Source of the DNA: an uncultured Gaiellaceae bacterium
GTDB taxonomy: Bacteria; Actinomycetota; Thermoleophilia; Gaiellales; Gaiellaceae
NCBI GenBank assembly: GCA_963761905.1
Contig: CAVXIQ010000009.1
Span: 12,725 to 76,724, forward strand
Length of the DNA stretch: 64,000 nucleotides
Reading direction: 5' to 3'
Numbering within the stretch: the first letter of the stretch is position 1; each line of letters opens with the position of its first letter. Shown piece after piece: positions 58,233-64,000 of this stretch. Below the pieces are notes generated by a model. The model had not been told where the DNA came from and made no database searches. It saw only the letters and a program-made list of their open reading frames with translations. The translations under genes were made by a program, and so were the position numbers.

Positions 58233-59692
58233 TCAGAGGGTACGCCGCGCGTGCTGACCGGCCAGCAGGCGCTCCGCCTCGGCCAGGAGCGCAGTCGCGG
58301 GAGTTGAGGGAGGGCTCGCCGATCACAGCGTGGAGCAGGCTCGCGAGGGCGGCGCCGAGCTCGGGCGACGGCTTCCAGCCGAGCCCGATCAGGTCGTTGC
58401 CGTCGACGGCGAGCTGCTCGAGTCGGTAGACGGACGTGCGCTCGGTCTCGACCGCCGCTCGGAAGCGCTCGAGCGTCTCGAGCTCTGCGAGCGTCTTGCC
58501 GCTCAGGGCCAGCCGCTTCCCCCGGAGATCCGCGTCCTTGTGGGCGAGCAGGTCGAAGGCGGCATCCTCGCCGTGCCGGGCGAGGAACCTGCGCGCGCGC
58601 AAGGGCAGCGTCCGCCTCGGTACGTCGAACATGTGCTCGCGGACGATGTGAGTGACGGCCGCCGCCAGCCGGCACCGGATAGCGAAGTCGCGCGAGCGCA
58701 ATCGCGGCGAGCTCGGCCCCGATCTCCTCGTGCGCGCGCTTCCCGAGCTCCGCGTGCGCGTAGAAGTGGAGCCGGCCGTCCTTGCCGCGCCAGGCCGACG
58801 CGGGCTTGCCCGCATCGTGGAAGAGCGCCGCGAGGCGGACGCGGAGCGGCACGCCGGCGTCGGCGGTCGCCTGGACGACGCGGAAGAGGTGCTCGTCGAG
58901 CGGCAGCTCGTGGTAGCGGCTCTCCTGGTCGAAGCCGATCGCCGGTTCGAGCTCGGGCAGGATCTGGACGAGAGCGCCGGTGTCGCGCGCGAGCCGGAGC
59001 GCCTTCGCGGGCGCGGCGCCGAGGAGGAGCTTCGAGAGCTCCCCCAGGCCATCGCTCACGAGGCCGCCTCCGATCCGCTCGCCGGAGACGTGGACGAGTC
59101 GCGGCGCCCATTCCCGCATCTGCCGCTCCGTCTCGGGATCGAGGTCGAACCCGAGCTGCGAGACGAAGCGGAGACCGCGGACGATTCGCAGCGGATCGTC
59201 CTGGAAGCTCAGCTCGCTCGTCGTCCGCAGGATCCGCCGCTCGAGGTCAGCCAGCCCGCCGAGCGGGTCGACCAGCTCGCCCGTCGCCAGCCGGCGCGCG
59301 ATCGCGTTCACCGTGAAGTCGCGCCGCGCCATGTCCTCGCGCAGCGAGATCGAGGCGTCGGCGGCGATCTCGAAGTCGTGGCGGCCCGGCCCCGTCGAGC
59401 GCTCGACGCGAGGCGGCGCGAACTCGATGCCGGCCGGCTGAAGAGCCCGCGCGTCCCGGTCTCGCGGGAGGAAGCGCACGCCGATCCGCTGCTCCGCGAC
59501 GATCAGATCCTCGACCTTCCCGTGCGGCTCGAGCGCCGCGCGCAGCTCGGCGTGGCCGACTCCGGGCACGACGAAGTCGCGCTCCTCGACGGGAAGCCCG
59601 AGCAGCTCGTTGCGAACCGCGCCCCCCACGAGGTAGGCGTCGAGCCCGAGCGAATGGACGTAGTCGGCGACTGAGCCCCACACGCCGACCAT
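58233..59692 (-). pseudogene. cca: CCA-adding enzyme / tRNA nucleotidyltransferase with HD domain, two frame breaks
   Basis: YLVGGAVRNELLG, RRDFTVNA, LFHDAGKP, then after a shift near 58671 VTHIVREHMF, and after a shift near 58294 ALLAEAERLLAGQHARRTL-stop. Length is 3n+2. Confidence 0.8.
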
Positions 59693-59701
59693 TGTGGCGG
59701 G

Positions 59702-60091
59702 TCAGAGTGCGGCGACCGCCTCGATCTCGACGAGCGCGCCGGACGGCAGCGCAGCCACCTCGACCGTCGAGCGCGCCGGCGGACGGTCGCCGACGTGGCG
59801 CGCGTAGACCTCGTTCATCGCGGCGAAGTCGCCGAGATCCTGGAGGAAGACCGTCGTCTTGACGAGCTGCTCGAGCCCGCTGCCCGCTTCCTCGAGGATC
59901 GCCCGCAGGTTCTGGAGCACCTGCTCGGTCTGCTCTGCGATTCCCGGGCCGACCATCTCCTTCTCGCCCGGGCGCAGCCCGAGCTGACCGGCGACGAAGA
60001 CGAGCCCGCCGGTCTTCACCGCCTGGTTGTACGGCGCTCCCTGGAACGGCGCCGGGGCCTGCTCCGTCCGCACGATCTCCTTCTCTGCCAT
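59702..60091 (-). CDS. ridA: RidA-family reactive-intermediate deaminase
   Basis: APAPFQGAPYNQAVKTGGLVFVAGQLGL...ARSTVEVAALPSGALVEIEAVA. Confidence 0.9.
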   Translation of the reverse strand: MAEKEIVRTEQAPAPFQGAPYNQAVKTGGLVFVAGQLGLRPGEKEMVGPGIAEQTEQVLQNLRAILEEAGSGLEQLVKTTVFLQDLGDFAAMNEVYARHVGDRPPARSTVEVAALPSGALVEIEAVAAL

Positions 60092-60108
60092 GTCTCCCTC
60101 CCTGTCAT

Positions 60109-60597
60109 TCAGGCTCGGCTGGCCTGCGCCAACGCGCCGCCGAGCGCCTTGAAGATCGCCTCGAGCACGTGTTGCGAGTCCTCGCCGTCGATCAGCCGCA
60201 CGTGCAGGGTCACGCCGGCCTCGTCGGCGAACGACTCGAGGAAGCGGGCGGCGAGGTCGGAATGGAGCCCGCCCGCGCGAGCGGCCGACAGATCGACGTT
60301 CGACGCGATCAGCGACTCCTGGGAGACTTCGAGCGCAACCTGCGCCAGCGCCTCCTGCGCCGGCACGACCGCCGAGCCGTGGCCGGCCGCCGAATCCGCG
60401 CGGAGGAGCGGCGCGAACGCGGCTCCGAGCGCGCGACCCGCCTCCGCGACCTCCGCTTCGGCCTCGCCGGGCGCGAGCTCGAGCGACAGCTCGAAGCGAC
60501 CGCTGCGGGCGAGGAGGGTCAGCAGGTGGTCGAGCACCGGCACGCCGGTGGCGACGTTGACCGCTCCGGCGCCGGCTGGTGCGACTCGAGCAGCCAC
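60109..60597 (-). CDS. Imidazoleglycerol-phosphate-dehydratase-like protein, N-terminally short and lacking the HHxxED metal motif
   Basis: TGVPVLDHLL.LLARSGRFEL aligns with TGxxFxDHML..LxxHxxxDL, and GVTLHVRLIDGEDSQHVLEAIFKALGGAL aligns with the C-terminal GENxHHxxEAxFKA block. The central HHTxED is replaced by AEVAEAG. 162 aa. Confidence 0.6.
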   Translation of the reverse strand: MAARVAPAGAGAVNVATGVPVLDHLLTLLARSGRFELSLELAPGEAEAEVAEAGRALGAAFAPLLRADSAAGHGSAVVPAQEALAQVALEVSQESLIASNVDLSAARAGGLHSDLAARFLESFADEAGVTLHVRLIDGEDSQHVLEAIFKALGGALAQASRA

Positions 60598-60603
60598 TAC
60601 CGG

Positions 60604-61928
60604 CTAGAGATCTATCCGCTCGATTCGAGCGCCGAGGGCGCGCAGACGCTCGTCGATCCGTTCGTAGCCCTTGTCGATCTGGTACGCCTCGCCGATCGTC
60701 GAGGTGCCCTCGGCGCAGAGGGCGGCGATCAGCATCGCCATCCCGGCGCGGATGTCCGGGCTCGACATCCGCTGCGCGTAGAGGTGCGCCTTGCCCGTGA
60801 CGACCGCGCGATGCGGATCGCAGAGGATGATCCGCGCCCCCATCGAGACGAGCTTGTCGACGAAGAAGAGGCGGCTTTCGAACATCTTCTCGAAGATCAG
60901 AATCGTGCCCTGCGCCTGGGTCGCGACCGTGAGCGCGATCGACGTGAGGTCGGCCGGGAACTGCGGCCACGGGCCGTCCTCGATCTTCGGGATCGCGCCA
61001 CCGTGGTCGTCTTGGATCACGAGCTCCTGGCCGGGCGGGATCCGAACGCTCGACTCTCCCACCTCGACTCGCACGCCGAGCCGCTCGAACGCGGGGATGA
61101 TCGGAGCCAGATCCTTCGGAGCGAGATCCGTGATCGTGATGTCGCCGCCGGTCACGGCCGCCATCCCGATGAAGCTGCCGACCTCGATGTGCTCGGGCGC
61201 GATCCGCCACTCGCCGCCACTGAGGGTCGGGACGCCGCAGATCCGGAGCACGTTCGACTCGATCCCCTCGATGTCGGCGCCGAGCGAGACGAGGAAGCGG
61301 CAGAGATCCTGTACGTGCGGCTCGCACGCGGCGTTGCCGATCACGGTCTCGCCTTCGCGCGAGAACAGCCGCCATGACCGCGTTCTCGGTCGCCATGACG
61401 CTGGGCTCGTCGAGGAAGACGTGCTTGCCGCGGAGACCGCGTCGTCCGCATCTCGTAGCGGCCGTTCAAGGCGATCTCGACCCCGAGCTCGGCGAACGCG
61501 TGCATGTGCGGGTCGAGCCTGCGCCGGCCGATCACGTCACCGCCCGGCGGCGGCACGCTCGCCCTGCCGAAGCGCGAGAGCAGTGGCCCTGCGAGCAGGA
61601 ACGACGCCCGGATCCGCCGGCAGAGCTCCTCGTCGAGCTCCGACTTGTGCACGGACGACGAATCGACGCGAACCTCGTTCGGCCCAGTCCACTCGACCTC
61701 GGCTCCGATGTCGTCGAGGAGCGCGAGCATCGTCGTCACGTCTCGGATCCGCGGCACGTTCGTCAGCTGAACGGGCTCGCTCGCGAGCACGCAGGCGGCG
61801 AGCACGGGCAGGACGCCATTCTTGTTCCCGGAAGCCCGGACGCTCCCGCCGAGCGGCTGGCCGCCCTCGATCACGAAAGCCTGGAGGTGCTTCTGGGACG
61901 GGAGAGTCAGCGTCATCGGCAAGGCCAC
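60604..61928 (-). pseudogene. murA: UDP-N-acetylglucosamine 1-carboxyvinyltransferase MurA (Asp in place of the fosfomycin-target Cys), two frame breaks about 85 nt apart
   Basis: ASGNKNGVLPVLAA, RASFLLAGPLLSRFGRASVPPPGGDVIGRRRLDPH, then after a shift near 61439 LRGKHVFLDEPSVMATENAVMAAVLA, then after a shift near 61353 GETVIGNAACEPHV...YQIDKGYERIDERLRALGARIE. Length is 3n+2. Confidence 0.85.
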
Positions 61929-61957
61929 GCGGGGCAGGCCGGTACTGTAGACGGCCG

Positions 61958-62530
61958 GTGGAGCTGACGCGAGACAGGGCCTGGGGGACGCTGACGAGGT
62001 ACACGAAGGGCGAGTCGCTGCTGCGGCATGCGCTCGCAGTGGAGGCCTCGACGCGCTCCTACGCGCGCCGCTTCGGCGAGGACGAGGAGGCGTGGGGAGC
62101 GACCGCGCTGCTGCACGACTTCGACTACGAGATCCACCCGACGCTCGACGAGCATCCCCAGGACGGCGCCCCGATCCTGCGCGAGGAGGGCTATCCGGAG
62201 TGGCTGATCGAGGCTGTTCTCTCCCATGCCGAGCACCTGCACATGGAGCGCGACACGCCGCTCAAGAAGACGCTCTTCGCCTGCGACGAGATCTCCGGCT
62301 TCGTCCACGCCTGCGGGCTGGTGCGTCCGCTCGGTCTGGAGGGGCTCGAGCCGAAGTCGGTGAAGAAGAAGCTGAAGCAGCCGTCGTTCGCGGCGGGCGT
62401 CCACCGCGACGAGGTCTACGCGGGCGCCGAGCTGCTCGAGCTCTCGCTCGACGAGCACATCGTCAACGTCGTCGCGGCGCTGCAGCCGATCTCCGAGGAG
62501 CTCGGCTTGCGCACCGCGTCGTCGATCTAG
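61958..62530 (+). CDS. HD-domain (HDIG-type) phosphohydrolase
   Basis: LLRHALAVEASTRSYARRFGEDEEAWGATALLHDFDYE...AVLSHAEH. GTG at 61958. Confidence 0.72.
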   Translation: MELTRDRAWGTLTRYTKGESLLRHALAVEASTRSYARRFGEDEEAWGATALLHDFDYEIHPTLDEHPQDGAPILREEGYPEWLIEAVLSHAEHLHMERDTPLKKTLFACDEISGFVHACGLVRPLGLEGLEPKSVKKKLKQPSFAAGVHRDEVYAGAELLELSLDEHIVNVVAALQPISEELGLRTASSI

Positions 62531-63580
62531 GCGGCGACCCCCGCGGCGAGGCGCTCGAGATCCTCGTCGCTCGTCCACCAGCCGCAGGAGGCGCGGACGA
62601 GGCCGGTGCCGGGCAGGTCGCGGACGACGACGTCCCGCTCGGCGAGGCGGGCGACGAGCGCCGGCGGATCGTCGACCCGGAACGAGACGAGCGTCGCGTC
62701 GGCCGGAACGAGCTCGGCGTGCGGAGCGAGCAGCTTCCGGCAGCGCTGCGCCTGCTCCGCGGCGCGCTCGAACCGCCAGTCGGGTGCCGCCTCGAGCGCT
62801 GCGGCGAGGCCTGCGAGCACCGAGGGCGCGAGCCAGTTCGGGTCGAAGCGGGCCGCGCCGTCCTGCGGCTCGAAGCGACCGGACGGCTCGTAGGACGCCT
62901 GCGAGAAGTAGCTCGGACGGGCGACGCGGAGCCGCTCGGGATCGGCCACGACGAGCGCGCCGGTCGAGTCCGGGCCGCAGAGCCATTTCTGGCCGGAGAT
63001 CGTGTAGAAGTCGAGCCCTCGCGCGTCGACGGGGATCGCGCCGGCGGACTGGGCGCCGTCGACGAGGATCGGGATCCCGCTTCGCTCACGTAGCTCGTGC
63101 ACGGGCAGGACAGCGCCGGTCGTCCAGAGCACGTGCGAGAGCGCAAGGAGCCGCGTCCGCGGCGTCACGGCCGCGAGGATCCCGTCGGCGTCCGGTTGCG
63201 CGACGACGACGCGGGCGCCGCTCGCGTGAAGCGGGCCCAGCAGGCCGAAGTGCTCGGAGTCGGTCGTCACTATCTCGTCCTCCGGCGAAAGCTCGAGCCC
63301 GGCAAGGACGACGTTGCAGCCGTCGGTGGTCGACCCCGTCAGCGCGACCTGCTCGACCTCGACGCCGACGAGGCCGGCGAGCGCGCTCCGTACCTCGAGG
63401 CGAAGCGCGAGCATCCGCTCGAAGTACGTCTTGCCGAAACGGCCGTGCTCGAGCTCCGAGCGCTGCTCGCTCTCAATCGGCGTCGAGCGTCGGCCGAGCC
63501 AGCGGCCCGAAGGTGCCGGCATTGAGATAGGCCTTGCGCTCGAGCACCGGAAAGAGCGCCCGCGCCTCGTCGAAGGTCAT
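62527..63580 (-). pseudogene. Class-V aminotransferase / cysteine-desulfurase-like PLP enzyme, one frame break
   Basis: MTFDEARALFPVLERKAYLNAGTFGPLARPTLDA, then after a shift near 63479 IESEQRSELEHG..., TGSTTDG, LVDGAQSAG and SGQKWLCGP (PLP lysine). Length is 3n+1. Confidence 0.78.
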
Positions 63581-63999
63581 CCGACCTCCGTCTCCACCGG
63601 CGAGTGATCGGACAGCACGCGCCCATTGTGGCGACGGCGCTCTTCCGGCCAGACGCGGAGCGGTGCGGCGGTGAGCCCGCGTACGAGCACGTGGTCGATT
63701 CCCGGCCCGAGCGCGGTGAAGCCCGGCAGCTCCAGCAGGCTCTCGGCCCGCAGGTTGAAGTCGCCCGCGAGCACGCACGGGAGGCCGTCCGCAAGCTCCG
63801 AGACGAAGCGCTCGGCCCGGACGATCTCCGCGGCCACGAGCTCGGGATGCCGGAAGTCGTTCGTGGCGTGGAGGTTTGCGACGACCAGCCCCTCGAGCCG
63901 AACGGCGTGACACCACCGCTGCTCGCGCCGGCCCGCACCGATTCCACCCACGTCGATTCGAATCGTGTGGTGGTCGAGCGGCTCGAGCTCGCCGCCGAG
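63577..63999 (-). CDS. Endonuclease/exonuclease/phosphatase (EEP) family protein; 5' end beyond the window
   Basis: VVANLHATN, LAGDFN, IDHVLV, LSDHSPV. The frame stays open to the window edge. Confidence 0.65.
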   Translation of the reverse strand, partial: LGGELEPLDHHTIRIDVGGIGAGRREQRWCHAVRLEGLVVANLHATNDFRHPELVAAEIVRAERFVSELADGLPCVLAGDFNLRAESLLELPGFTALGPGIDHVLVRGLTAAPLRVWPEERRRHNGRVLSDHSPVETEVG

Positions 64000-64000
64000 C

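Overview
Very GC-rich 64-kb stretch of core chromosome (GC judged by eye from codon third positions, not computed). I found no rRNA, CRISPR array, transposase, integrase or phage genes. Gene content and order suggest a deep-branching Actinomycetota genome, Thermoleophilia/Rubrobacteria-like. This is an inference from MurT/GatD, SepF-YggT-DivIVA, the FHA-MerR pair, RNase Y after recA-recX, and a single-motif RsiG-like protein. Gene order, left to right: ftsK 3' end; a nucleoside-type ABC importer with two tandem BMP-family binding proteins; a RodZ-like gene; cinA-recA-recX-rny; miaB; an epimerase; a phosphatase; miaA. Next comes a DAP/lysine block (dapF-like facing dapD-dapC-dapE), then hflX-dut-Nudix, a PLP decarboxylase and gatD-murT. 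An orphan pair follows (HEAR-repeat protein, stand-alone class-II amidotransferase), then two convergent sigma-70 genes, an EamA transporter, uppP and a patch of small hypothetical/membrane genes. After that: a pgsA / manC-pmm fusion / RsiG-like / FHA / MerR / apt operon, an amidohydrolase, a GH99-like gene and tRNA-Pro(GGG). The right third is one long minus-strand housekeeping array: murA, IGPD-like, ridA, cca, pgeF-yggS-sepF-yggT-divIVA, lspA-rluD, rpsB-tsf-pyrH-frr-uppS-cdsA-dxr-rseP-ispG-proS. An HD protein, a class-V aminotransferase and an EEP-fold gene sit at the right edge. Points for follow-up: (1) an intact dapF homolog in which both catalytic Cys are Ser; (2) a 92-aa protein with a perfect RsiG-type c-di-GMP motif, translationally coupled to FHA and MerR genes; (3) a truncated imidazoleglycerol-phosphate-dehydratase-like protein lacking the HH metal motif, between murA and ridA; (4) a three-repeat HEAR protein with no nuclease domain; (5) about 20 single-base frame breaks in otherwise conserved, often essential genes, which look like sequence errors rather than gene decay; (6) a small hairpin repeat family and several intercistronic palindromes. 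Nothing here resembles a known defence or mobile system, and the candidates above are hypotheses from reading the sequence only.
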